Assembly: GCA_012295275.1 (NCBI GenBank)
Contig: CM022670.1
Location: 7,564,001-7,628,000 of the forward strand
From: Chrysomallon squamiferum
Taxonomy: Eukaryota; Animalia; Mollusca
Length of the DNA stretch: 64,000 nt
Reading direction: 5' to 3'
Shown one piece after another: positions 1 through 31,109 of this stretch (its first letter is position 1; each line of letters starts with the position of its first letter). Position numbers and translations under genes: made by a program. A model generated the notes under the pieces. It worked only from the letters and a program-made list of their open reading frames with translations, was not told the DNA's origin and searched no databases.

Positions 1-1539
1 CCAGAGTGACAGAACGTTTCGGTTAACGACAATAGCGACAAAAAACAAAACTCCTTGTAAACCTACAAAAATCGTAAAAACGTAAGCAAACACTTCTATC
101 TGAAAAACTTCGTAAAGATACGAAAACAACCAAAACAGGCCTGTAGTAGCCGACAGCTTGAAACAAGCAAACATATTTATTTTACTTTCTCGTGTGCTGT
201 TCACTAAACCGTGACGACGAAGGTTACAAAGTGTGAAAACAAAGAGACCAATATTCACAAGAACGATAACTCCCACTGGGACTTTGAAGAAATAGGTTTT
301 AGAACTGGAGTTGTTCAGATAACAAATTATACCTCCGTAACCGATCTGACTGTGTAATGCAAAGTTTGTAATTATGTTCAAAGTGACAATCAAAGCAGAC
401 ACACCATAAGAATACAAAGCAGAAAGCAAAACTATTTTTCTCAAACTCTGGTCGAAGTTTCGACATTTAAGAGGAAAAGACAATCTAAGAAAAAGAACAA
501 ACGTGCATGCATTCATCCAAAACACTGCGGCCAGCCAAAGAAAATGAATAATAATGCCAATAACCTGACAACCAATTGCGTTTTCGTTTTGTTCAATTCC
601 ATATTCAAACACTGCTTGAGCGGCGAATACGGTCGCTATAAGTCCCATATTACACACCCCACCTACAGTACGCATGCTGGGGAAAAGACAGTAAGTGATA
701 AACGTTAAAGCTAAAAATAAAAGCGAGATCGAGCTACAAACGAATGAAAAAATTCCCAGAATATTCTGCTGTGCTTTTTGCAGTTTGTGTTTGTTCGAAT
801 ACTTTGCGTGGAAAGTAGCGTTCACGTAGTCTTCAAGACAGACAACAATAGATCCATCATCCAATATTTGGAAATCTTGGTGGTTCAGAACAGTTCCCGT
901 GCTAAAAAATGTTAATGTGGGAAATTGTAAAGTTTTGTCTTGTAAAGAATGAATCGATACGTCATCATGGTATCTGATTTTATATTCCGACTGAGCAAGA
1001 CGAACCCTTGGACAAATCAGCTGTTTGCTGAGCTGAAGATACTTATCACCCAAAAACTTATCATTTGTTGTTTGTGTAGCTACAAATTCACTGAAAAGGT
1101 TTGAGCAGTCCTCAACACTTCCGTTTTTCAACACCATAGTCTGAGTTTGGCTGCATCGGTTGTGAAAACGATCATAGAACATAGCCCAGTCTATCAGTTC
1201 ATTTCCCATTAACTTCTCCTCAAATTCATCGCGATTGTTGTTCCCTAGAGAAAAAACCTTTAACACGTAGCGTATTACCACGAACATAGTTTTATTAGGA
1301 CAGTTTTGTAATTGTACAATATAACCTGTAATGTTAGAAGATACCCACATTTTGGTGATTGGCATATGTCTATATATAATTCTCTTTAGACTCTGCGAGG
1401 GCTTCAGTGGGGTTTGAAAAGTCACATTGATTTGAAAACACACTCTGTAACCGTAAATGTTGGACGACGGAAACAAACTACGACATTCATTGTTGTTTAA
1501 TCGTTTTCCTTCAGCACATGAAAGTGACAGATTCTGGTA
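1..1539 (-). CDS. GPCR exon B: membrane-proximal ectodomain plus all seven TM helices (partial at window edge)
   Basis: Open frame 1539..1, joined in phase 0 to exon A. Not in the ORF track, probably because no stop falls inside the window. Confidence 0.9.
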
Positions 1540-1650
1540 CTGGAATAAAATAAAACAACTATTATCATCATCATCGTCAACATCATTATCATCATCATCA
1601 TCATTATTATTACTTGTATTATTAGTATTATTATAATTATTATTATTATG

Positions 1651-1686
<36 letters not shown>

Positions 1687-3062
1687 TTTGTTATTATTAT
1701 TATTGCTATTGCTATTTTAATTTTATTTATTGTTATTGTTGTCGTAAACATTACAAATAAAATAAAGTGAAAGAATTTGAAACGAAAAAAAGATAAACAA
1801 ATAGCTAGCTAGACAGACTTTTAGACAGATAGGTAGACAGAAAATAGAGAGACAGACATGGTAAAGAGAGATATGCGATTGAAACGAAGAGAAGGAGGGA
1901 CAGAGGGATAATATACAGCTATATTACTTACCCGTTCCGCGCTGTCAGAATAACTATCTTCAGACTTCATCAGATTACTGTCTAAATTAATCAGAGCTGT
2001 TAGAGGTACAGTGAAGAAGTCTCTCGATTCCCCTGCATACGAGAATTCGTCAAGATTTTCGTTCAGTTTTGTCTTCATCGCCTCCCAGTTAACATCCGAA
2101 TTGCAGAAGTAACAGAACACGTTTCTGTATGCACCAAACACAACTTGAGAAAACATGGAACAAGCAACATCAACATTTTTGTCGTAAGAACGCCAGAGGC
2201 CTGTTTCGTTACATCGTACTATGAGAGGATTTTCTCTTTGTTGACATCTTCGTCTTACTGCTTCCAAAGGGGGCACGAGCTGAATGTTGCAGACTTTGCT
2301 TTTCATTACGGCTGTGAAAGTCTCAGAGAGCGAAGCAGATTCAAGGGATCTGTCGAAGGAAGAACAGGTAATTGACGTCATCCAGGTTCGAGTGCTGTTT
2401 TGTCCGTGACAGGTGGCGCAGTAGATGTTTCTGTACGAAATACCAGTGTCGGAGTTGAGATGAGGCACGACGTTTGCCCAGCTCGTGTAGGAAGAGTTTT
2501 CACATTTTTCTTTTACAGATGAAACGTTGTAAGAGTCAGGACACCACGTGATCATCTGATAGAAAATTGTGTCGTTGGTTACGGGCAGCTCAGACTCCAC
2601 ACAGCCGGAAACCACCGAGTTTCCAGTCAAAGGACTTTGAAGGAGAACAACGCTAGGACAGCTGCAGCCGATTTCCATACATGCTTCTTTGCAGTCGCAC
2701 TGGTCACAGTAGAAATTTTCACGAGGCAATCTTAGTACGTAACGGAAATTGCATGTAAACCCACAGAACTCCGAATTCAAGGCAACCACCTGACTTTTAA
2801 AATCTGTGAAATAGTCTCCTATGTGTTTCCAAGGACTGGACGGTTTTAGCACATATTCGAATGTGGTAATAACTTCTATGTCGTATGTTATGTTCGGCAA
2901 AAATGTCGCATTAAAACTGCCAATGGCTTCCTGAGAACTGACATTGACAGCGGTAACATTAGTTTGTGTAATATTCTCTGTCGATTCACAATACCAGAGT
3001 AGCCCAGTTAATATCAAGAGTTTTATGCTGCATATTGAAATACTAGTTCTAAAACTCGCCAT
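1..3062 (-). CDS. Class B (Methuselah-like / adhesion-like) GPCR with large Cys-rich ectodomain; 2 coding exons seen; C-terminal tail runs off the window
   Basis: Exon A 3062(ATG; alternative ATG 3086)..1932 ends at CGG|GTAAGT. Exon B starts after ttattccag| at 1539 and is stop-free to base 1 (513 codons, translated by hand). It encodes 7 hydrophobic helices with class-B motifs: ILGIFSFVCSSISLLFLALTFITYCLFPSMRT, CQVIGIIIHFLWLAAVFWMNAC, YSYGVS, GYGGIICYL, VPVGVIVLVNIGLF, FKLSATTGLFWLF, GLQGVLFFVA. The N-terminus is signal-peptide-like (MASFRTSISICSIKLLILTGLLWYCES). Confidence 0.9.
1932..3062 (-). CDS. GPCR exon A: signal peptide, somatomedin-B-like Cys cluster and two YxNxxCxxC repeats
   Basis: CDQCDCKEACMEIGCSCP, YRNIYCATCH, YRNVFCYFCN and many N-x-S/T sites. 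The ORF-track tail after ...SAER is intron read-through. Confidence 0.85.
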
Positions 3063-3376
3063 CTCTGTGAAAAAAAAATGGTGCATGAAATATTATTTTC
3101 AGTGTGAAAACGTGAGTTGATTGTTTTGAAGTATTTAGTTGGTTTCCAATATATAGCATCAGCTGTAAGCAACCAATTATTAATTTATTTGTTTACTATT
3201 GTTTTGCAACGTTTCTACGCTTCACATTGATTTTTTATCACACCAGGACACAAAGTGATTTATCAAAGTAATTGTTCATTATACTTCGTTAAATATTAAT
3301 CTAAATATTGATGTCTGATTTACTCATAATCAAATGTCAAATAATAATTATAATTTGGAAATATGTTTGTTCTTAC

Positions 3377-3418
<42 letters not shown>

Positions 3419-3837
3419 TTATTAGTAGTAATAATAGTAACAGAAGCAGCAGCAGTAGTTGTAGTAGCAGAGGTAGTAGTAGTTGTAATAGAAATATTAG
3501 AACTGATAAAAATAGAAATGATAATGACGATGGTGTTAAAGGTAATCATGATGATGATGATGACACTTCAACGTGTAACTGTGCCAAACTGAAGGAATTG
3601 TTAATTCAGCCTTGATGCAGTAGCGTTCACTGAGAACACACTGATATTATGTGGGTTAAAGGTTCATCAGAATGTGGGTAATGACAGTCGCAATAAAAAT
3701 CAGTTAATATATATCTAACACAATATATTAAATCATGAAGCATCAAATACCTTTCGACGTATAATGGTGTATGTTGAAATTGATGACTAATAAAACAGTG
3801 TAAAACAAACAAAAAACTTAAAAGAGAGTGTAAATTC

Positions 3838-4027
<190 letters not shown>

Positions 4028-4947
4028 TTAATTAGTGAAAGTAATTTTATCCAGTGGATATAAAGTAAATATTTTTAGGAACATGTTATCATTAAGTGGT
4101 TGAAGCAATTAACAGTTTCTCTTTCCCGATTTTTATGAGTTTCATGATGTATTATTAATAGTGCACTGTGATTCCATTAAAAACATATGACATCGAACAA
4201 TTGATATCTCTGCTAGCTTATGCCTGAACTTTTGAATAAGTAAAGCGAAATATAATGAATTTAATATATATATTAAAACGTTGCTTCTATAATAAATATG
4301 TTTGCTGTAACACAGCTCACTGAATAATAAAACTATGCTGATACGGAAGGGAGAAAAATAAAGTGAAAAAAAAAAAAAAATATATTTAAAAAAATAATAA
4401 ATCATCCCCACAAAAAAAAGGTGTCTGTAACGAAATAAACTGCGTATTTTTCACCGAATCATATTGAAGATTAACATTACAAGTAATACTGCTTTATTAA
4501 TAATGATAATGGTGACGACGATAATAATAATAACAATAATGAAGATGATGATGATCACGATAATAATAATTATAATGTCTTTCATTAGGAAAACATTAGT
4601 AATGATGATGATAATGAAGGCGATGATAATGATGATGACGACGATGACGATGAAAACAGCACGTGATCTTTGTGAACTAACTATTCTTTCTTTTTCACTG
4701 ACTTAGTTTGAGAAACTCCCGGAACACAGACATCCAACAACCAGCTAGATGTTTCCCAAAAATGTAACATATTTCTGTATATTTCAAAAACTATGCAGGT
4801 AAACATAAAACACATCAGTTCAATGTTTTTGTCATACAGGAACCTATACGAAGCTGTATTTATATCTACAGGTACATAATTATTATATTTCTTCTTCATC
4901 ATCATCATCTTCTACTTCTTCTCTTTTATTATATTCTTCTTCTTCTT

Positions 4948-4978
<31 letters not shown>

Positions 4979-5359
4979 TTATTATTATTATTACTATATT
5001 TTTATTCTAATATAATCTTTTCTTAATGTTTACTCTTCTACCTGTATTTATTTTTTAATTAATAACAACATTTTGGAGAAAAACAATGAAGTACGATGAC
5101 ATTTAATATTTTAAAATATATTCTATCGAAATATGCAAAAAAAAAACGACAGAAAAAGTTTATTTTTGTTTTATTACATACATAAAATCTTTACTGCCTG
5201 CGGAATGTCAGTATTCTTGGATGTATCTCATTTGTGTGAAAACATTGTAGATTGTAACTACAAACGTGAAATTTATCATATAATCTGCATTTGTAAAACG
5301 TTTTATTTCCTATTTTTTAAATCCATTTATCAAAGATAGATGATATATATATATATATA

Positions 5360-5620
5360 TATAAAATAATATTCACGGTACAAATCCCTTGCAGCTAAAG
5401 AGAAGAGAGGTAAGATTTAATAGAAGAATTTCAACAGCTGTTTGTAGGCGTGATTTACATATTATTCTTTCTCAAAAAATTCAATTATTTTGTTATTAAT
5501 TCTGATTTATTTCTAAAGGTTAATGATGAGCTTCTGTTGGTTAGTCGTTGGAATAGTTTTCATCTTGGCACCCGACTTTAGCTGTAAGTAACCTAAATAG
5601 CGGTTTAAATAAATAATTAA

Positions 5621-5664
<44 letters not shown>

Positions 5665-5811
5665 TTTGTGTTGTATGTGTGTGTGTGTGTGTTTTTGTGT
5701 TGTGTGTGTGTGTGTGTTTTTGATAAATTAAATCCAGTGTAAACAATTACGTCACCACATTGTAGTTATTTCGTAATTTATTTTTCAGATCAAATCAACA
5801 GCAATGTTAAG
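5360..5811 (+). promoter_or_regulatory. Candidate TATA promoter and short 5' exons of the four-repeat gene
   Basis: TATAAAA at 5360-5366; donor GAG|GTAAGA at 5409/5410; micro-exon tttttcag|5789..5811|gtatgt carrying ATG TTA AG; further micro-exon 6331..6349/6353. Exon linkage is not proven. Confidence 0.4.
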
Positions 5812-6459
5812 GTATGTTACTAGTTTCCCACTACCCACCCATAATCACTTTGTAGCAAACAGAGAAATATTTCTGTTTGTTATAATTAGATAGAATGTAT
5901 TGTAATGATGTTGAATACTGAAAAAGGAAGACAGCCAAGACGCAACCCTGCTAAGCTGGGATATTTTCCGTTCCACAAGCTGTGACAGGTTGGATGAAAA
6001 TGTATAGAGAGGTTGTTGATTTTGATAGTATCTGCCTGTATAAAATATAGGCGTAAAAACACATTTTTAATAAATAAATGTTGATGTTAAAATGTATTTA
6101 ACGACGTTTTACATGTATTCGTTCGTTTTATTTCTCTTTTACTTACTCCAGGTTCAGCATCAGCATCATTTTATTTATGATCATCAACAACATCATCTTC
6201 ATCTCTTCATCATGACATCATCTTCATCATTATCATCATCATTATTATTATTAAACTGATCAGCGATTTTAGATCTATCATCATAAAATTAAAGTGAATG
6301 ATATTAACATGAAAAGTTTGTTATTTGTAGGTACGAAGAGCTAGAAGGAGTAAGTAACTCGTTATTCAGATATTGGTACTAGGTTTTTGGCACAAGGATT
6401 TCATATATGAAACTAATACGAAAATTTATTATTATTCTTAAAACAACAGCAATAACATC

Positions 6460-6509
<50 letters not shown>

Positions 6510-6599
6510 GTAGTAGGAACAGTAGTAATGACAGTTAGTAGTTGTAGTAAATGTAGAAGTAGTAGTAATAGTAATAATAGTTAACCAGCAGTATTAGCC

Positions 6600-8126
6600 A
6601 TGGTAGTAGTAATACTTATTGTAGTAGCAGCTTTAGTAGCTGTTGTAACATTAGCACTTATTCTTTTAGGAATTTGTGAAAGAGTATGGAAGAAAATTCT
6701 GGTAACTAATGTTCACGGGGCGGTGACATTTGGTTCAAAAACACATCTAATTAACGCCGTATTACGCGGAGCTCGAGTGAGGTTTTTCATTTCTAACTGG
6801 GGTCAAGGCGGACACGCAGCTGAGTTTGATAATCTGAGCATCAAAGGAAGAAATGTGTGTGGTCAGGCATTAATGCACGTCAGCCGAAGTCAATGGGATT
6901 CGTTTGAAAACAATGCGTACTGGTGGTTTGTAATGGTTTGTACTACGGGGAAAGTCCATGAGGTGGGTTATAACATAGGATCACATACACTTCGAAGCTC
7001 TTCAACTTCTTCCGTGAATATTATCTGGTTTGTTCAGGAGCTTGGTTCTGCTAACGCTGTGTACTCCCACTCCGGTTCAGGTAATAAAATAAAAGGTAGC
7101 ATAGATGAACTGATTCGTTCTGTACAGTCAGCTTATGACCTCAGAGTAGTCACGCGAGATGGCAAATACTCGACTCCACTTGACAACGTGGACTTTTCTG
7201 GACAAACAGTCAGTGGGCAAAGTATCTGGCATGTTAGCCAGCGTTATGTTGGAAACCATTTAGAATTTCAATCAAATGCCTACTGGCAGTTTACTATACT
7301 CAGTTCAAATGGTTTACGGGACATATCTAGGTGGAGTCTGGGTCTACATCAAAGCAGAGGTCACAGAAATGATCGTGTTAGTTTAAACTGGTTCACAGAC
7401 TCCAACTGGAGACATGTATTCACCAATGACGAGAACGGCGAAACTCTGAACGGATGTCTTTATAATCTGATAAGAGCTGTAAAAAACGGACACAGGGTTA
7501 AAGTTGTCATTGGAAGTTATTCAACACGCGCGGACAATGTGCGTACGAAGAATGGACAAGTGTCTGCTCAGCTTCTGAATCACGTCTCTAAATCGAGCAA
7601 ACGGAAATTTCAAGACAATGCTTACTGGTACTGGCAGATGGTTCACACGACTGGGACGGTCAGAACACGAAGATACAACGTTGGTGACGGCACTAACCGA
7701 GGCGACACCGTAGAAAAGAAAATTATCAGATGGTTTGTAGACACTCGTAGATGGAGAAAGGTTCTCTCGACTAACAGTTATGTATACGTGACTTCGGGAA
7801 GCAAGGTCACTTTAAGGAATGCGATAAAACATGGCGCGTCTGTCAGGGTAGGACTGCAGTTTGATTCCACCACTGGTTACTACGTTACTGAAGCTGACAA
7901 CGTGGAATTTGGACCGAGAAACGAGGTATCAGCGCAGGCTGTTAAATGTATCAGTCTTCAAGCAGTAGGACCCACAGAGTTCGAAATCCAAAATAATCCT
8001 TACTGGTGGTTCATCATTGTCAATACACAAAGCGTCGTGGAGATGTCTAGCTGGAGAGTGGGCGAACACGTCAGTGAAGGTCACAGTTTAAAGAAAGTCT
8101 CTGTGGACTGGTACGTCAGTTACTGA
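6600..8126 (+). CDS. Uncharacterised protein of four tandem ~120-aa Trp-rich repeats (main exon 6670-8126; start uncertain)
   Basis: 508-codon ORF with non-repetitive codon usage from 6670. Repeat consensus W..V......G....GS...L..AV..G..VRV....DN......V..Q...HVS....FQ.NAYWxF....T.G....R..(V/I)G.H......WF(V/T); terminal W codons at 7026, 7389, 7731, 8109. AATAAA at 8171-8176. Confidence 0.88.
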   Translation: MVVVILIVVAALVAVVTLALILLGICERVWKKILVTNVHGAVTFGSKTHLINAVLRGARVRFFISNWGQGGHAAEFDNLSIKGRNVCGQALMHVSRSQWDSFENNAYWWFVMVCTTGKVHEVGYNIGSHTLRSSSTSSVNIIWFVQELGSANAVYSHSGSGNKIKGSIDELIRSVQSAYDLRVVTRDGKYSTPLDNVDFSGQTVSGQSIWHVSQRYVGNHLEFQSNAYWQFTILSSNGLRDISRWSLGLHQSRGHRNDRVSLNWFTDSNWRHVFTNDENGETLNGCLYNLIRAVKNGHRVKVVIGSYSTRADNVRTKNGQVSAQLLNHVSKSSKRKFQDNAYWYWQMVHTTGTVRTRRYNVGDGTNRGDTVEKKIIRWFVDTRRWRKVLSTNSYVYVTSGSKVTLRNAIKHGASVRVGLQFDSTTGYYVTEADNVEFGPRNEVSAQAVKCISLQAVGPTEFEIQNNPYWWFIIVNTQSVVEMSSWRVGEHVSEGHSLKKVSVDWYVSY

Positions 8127-8149
8127 AACTACAATACCAGGTCAACGTT

Positions 8150-8258
8150 TTTCTGTTTCCTTTCCTGTTTAATAAATAATCAGTGATTACCACTGAAGCT
8201 TACGATTTTAGTGTCATTTAACAAATGTTCTCTGATATAAATATCTTAATAAAAATGT
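8150..8258 (+). repeat. 3'UTR/polyA segment of the four-repeat gene, duplicated at 9077-9183
   Basis: tttctgtttcctttcctgtttaataaa..tcagtga....aagcttacgattttagtgt.atttaac.aatgttct is present at both places in the same orientation. Confidence 0.85.
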
Positions 8259-8334
8259 AAGTCACGAGATATGTTTGTTTTAAAATTTATTTTATATCTA
8301 CCTCATAGTATTAAAAAGATCATAAGGGGATAGG

Positions 8335-9076
8335 ATGTCAGTGGCCCAGTGAAGATGATGTTTACCGCTAACTTCATCTGACAAGTGCACTTCATTTGTC
8401 TTACAAAATCTCCGACGTTGACAAATTTCATATTCATTTAAATTATTTGTACTGTGTTCTTTAAAACCTGTTTTTGAATTTTCAAATCACTGTTCTGTTC
8501 TCATTCATCACTACATATTTTCTCATCTACTTTCGTGATTTTGGACGTTTGTTTTGTTTTTGTTGTTGTTGTTGTTTTGTTGTTTTTCGGTTTTTTATAC
8601 CTTTCTTTGATGTAGATCTTTTTTTAAGAAATTTCGAATTTAATTACGAAAAATTATTTTGCTTGTCAGAATTTAGTTTTTCACACAAGATCGTTTTCAA
8701 ATTTGTAATTATTACAACTGATATAATTAACCAAAATCACTTATCTTTAATCTCTTATAATACAGACATCAAATCCAGCAACGCATATCTCGAATCAGGC
8801 AATAAAATAAAATAATAATTAAAAGAAATATTTAAAAGAAATACAATACACATTTAACAAATAAAAATATATATTATTTAAAACACCAATTAATGGTAAA
8901 GTCACACAAACTGGGTTTGTTTCAAACGTTTTGGTTAGTTAATAATTTCATTTAATGTATTATTATATTTTGAAACTATTTACAATAGATTTGCAATACG
9001 AGAGAAAGGTTGCTAAATATAAGGAAAAAATAAGAGAGAGATTCAAAAAGAGAGAAGAACAAGGACAGAGAAACAG
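8335..9076 (+). repeat. ~0.7-kb diverged direct repeat, copy 1 (copy 2 at ~32002-32720)
   Basis: Collinear shared blocks such as gcccagtgaag, tcatttgtct.acaaaatct.cgacgttgacaaatttcatattca, ctgttctgttctca.tcatcactacatatttt.tcatctactttcgtg, ttaatctcttataat, gttttggt.agtt.ataatttcatttaat. Confidence 0.9.
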
Positions 9077-9288
9077 TTTCTGTTTCCTTTCCTGTTTAAT
9101 AAAAAATCAGTGAATACTAATAAAGCTTACGATTTTAGTGTAATTTAACTAATGTTCTTTGATGTAAAATGTTAACAAAAATGATATATACTCTTAAAAA
9201 AAAATCAGTAAGAAGTCCTAAAACTATTTCTTTTCTATAATACTGATTACTTTTGATAATAAATACATTTTTTTTTTAACTTAAATAT

Positions 9289-9585
9289 AAATAGTTATCC
9301 TTATTATTATATATTAAATGTTTATCCTTATTATTATGTACTAAATGTTTTTAATTATTATTTTGTACTAAATGTTTAGCTTTATTATTATATACTAAAT
9401 GTTTATCTTTATTATTGCATACTAAATATTTATCTTTATTATTATGTACTAAATGTTTATTCTTAATATTATGTGCTAAATGTTTATTCTTAATATTATA
9501 TACTAAATGTTTAACTTTATTATTATATACTAAATATTTATCTTTATTATTATGTACTAAATATTTATCTTTATTATTATATACT
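9289..9585. repeat. 27-bp minisatellite, ~11 copies
   Basis: Unit aaatgtttatctttattattatgtact with point variants; this explains ORF 9415..9627. Confidence 0.9.
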
Positions 9586-10849
9586 ATGTGGTTCTTTTCA
9601 GATAATGAAATGCGGATTTCTGGCTAAAGCCTGACAGGAGACCAGATGATATTTAAAAAATTTAGAAAATCTATTTCAGATGAAGACCAAATACCTTTAT
9701 GAATAAATTCGCTGCAAATGAATTATTTTGAAATCACCATGTGTTACCACCTTAAAACAAATAAAATATTTTTCTGTAAATGTTATACACATTTTAATAG
9801 CAACGGCTACATGATTTAGGGATTTACATGTAACAGTAAATACGTTATTCTTAGTTAGCAACCTTGAACATAGTTATAAACTTCTTATATTTATCACAGT
9901 CTTGTATTTAATGACATCTGATTTTACTTCATTACGTCACTTTTATACATTTTCATGCCAACACATTTCTCTTGTACTTCACTTTGCTAGAATATGTTTC
10001 TTGAATCTAATGATTATCTGCCCTAAATACTATTTCAGTGTTGCTGTTAGCTATTGATTAATATCTATCTGAGTATTCAAGGATTCTCAAGTAAACATAA
10101 AAATTATGGTAAGCATTAGAAATGGACAGGTAAATAACTGAAAATGGTTGTTTTATATATATTTCATATTACATTTTGTTGCTATTTCTCTATTAAATAC
10201 TTACCTCCCACACATTAATTTACCACTGAAAAGGACATGAACAACGAGAATTTGTTTCTTTTGTGTTTTTTAAATAGAATATTATTTTAAAATAAGACAA
10301 TTTTTTCTTTAAAAAAAGTAATATAAGTTATAACAGTGTCAGCAGTGATACCTGGTCATATACGTCTAAAATTACACAAACAAACAAACAAATATATTTC
10401 TTAGCTACCAACAGATTCACTGATGTCGTTTCGACCACAGCAATACAAATACAAATGACTAGTTCATTAATCATCAGTGCCTAGTAAACTCAACTTTTCA
10501 TCATCATATGACAACGAGCATTTGGTAGAACTGTTAGAGGTCATGAGAATACAATCGTGGATTACCCGTTCGTAAATTACATGTCTAATTAATTTAATGT
10601 AAAGTGATATATTTTCTTTGATACATTTTTTTTCTGAAAGACAAAAACAGCTTGTTGATGGAATGCATCCATCTTCCCTTTCAGTGTCATATAGAGTTAT
10701 CGCCCTTGATTAGACGTTTCTAAGCAGTTTGTCTTGTTCAGTGACGTCGCTTATTTAACAGCTCTTAAGACCCGAAATTGAGACTAACAGACACTAACTT
10801 CCGATAAGGGCAAAATTATAATTATGTGATCGTAAAAAAACACCTAAGT

Positions 10850-11059
10850 CAGACATGGGCAACCTTTTTCGAGAAGCGTGCCAAATGACACATGGCTCAT
10901 CCTCACGTGGGCCACATATACTACTTGAGGAACTGTTATAATAAAAATTAAATGTATTTTAATGTATTAGTATTAAAAAAATTGAATTTATATTATTTTC
11001 CTTGCGAAATTAGGCGGGCCACTCAGAAAGCCGCATGGGTCTCAGTTTGCCCATGACTG
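10850..11059. mobile_element. Non-autonomous hAT-type DNA transposon (MITE), 210 bp
   Basis: 16-bp imperfect TIRs cagacatgggcaacct ... agtttgcccatgactg (14/16 match); two internal gggccac motifs; degenerate 8-bp flanks acctaagt / gactaatt (5/8, central TA). Confidence 0.75.
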
Positions 11060-11183
11060 GACTAATTCAGAGGCTCTTGGGAAATCCCAATTTTAATGGT
11101 AGAGTTATCGGTTCATATCCGTTTAAAAATTTTCAGTTCATTATTTTAAAATAAGACAATTTTAAAGAAACTAAAATTTAGCT

Positions 11184-30276
<19,093 letters not shown>

Positions 30277-30439
30277 CTGTAAAACAGAACAATAACATGA
30301 CAGTACTAAAACATCGTCGTCATCATCATCTTTATTTTTATTCTTATTGTTATTATTATTAATAACTGTTGTTAACTGTTCAAGCTGCAGACTTATTAGT
30401 CATGGGCTGAAACCGAATTTGTTCATACTGGCCTACATG

Positions 30440-30490
<51 letters not shown>

Positions 30491-30505
30491 GTTGTTGTTA
30501 TTGTT

Positions 30506-30557
<52 letters not shown>

Positions 30558-31027
30558 TTGTTTATTTTATTTCATTAAGATTTTATTTTAATTATTAGTT
30601 TTTTTTTGTGTCAAAGACTGATGATATTGTGTGTTCATATGATAGAAGAAGCATATAAAACATTCCTTACTTAATAAGAAACTGCAGCACGGTCGATAGC
30701 ATCACATTACCTTTGTTATCTGTTCTATATAAGCCGTAAATAAAGTATGCTATAAACAATTTTTAAAATTTTATTTTAAATTTATTTATTTTTTTTAATT
30801 TTAAAAAAAAAAAAAAATGTATTATAATTGTTTATTTTTTGGCTTAATGATAGAAACGTTATAATAAGATTAATAAAAACCTTTTTAATTTTTAGCAGTA
30901 ACTGTTCCCAAATAAAAGGCAATAACGAATAATGTAAACATGATGTGTGAAAATAAAAAAATATAAATAAAACATAAAACTTGAATTTTTCGAATACATG
31001 TGTGACATAATATATTTAATGGTATTT

Positions 31028-31109
<82 letters not shown>

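Noticed and set aside
2145-2375. Plus-strand ORFs antisense to GPCR/TEP exons (also 16389, 21470, 24190, 30081, 35727)
   Set aside because: Shadow frames of real minus-strand exons.
6152-6215. Acceptor at 6151 giving the signal-peptide-like MLRFSISIILFMIINNIIFISSS
   Set aside because: Hits TGA before any GT donor; the hydrophobicity comes from the (ATC)n repeat.
9289-9585. 27-bp array (and the 37-bp array at 55619-55899) as a possible CRISPR array
   Set aside because: Units are head-to-tail with no unique spacers, there are no cas genes, and the context is eukaryotic: minisatellites.
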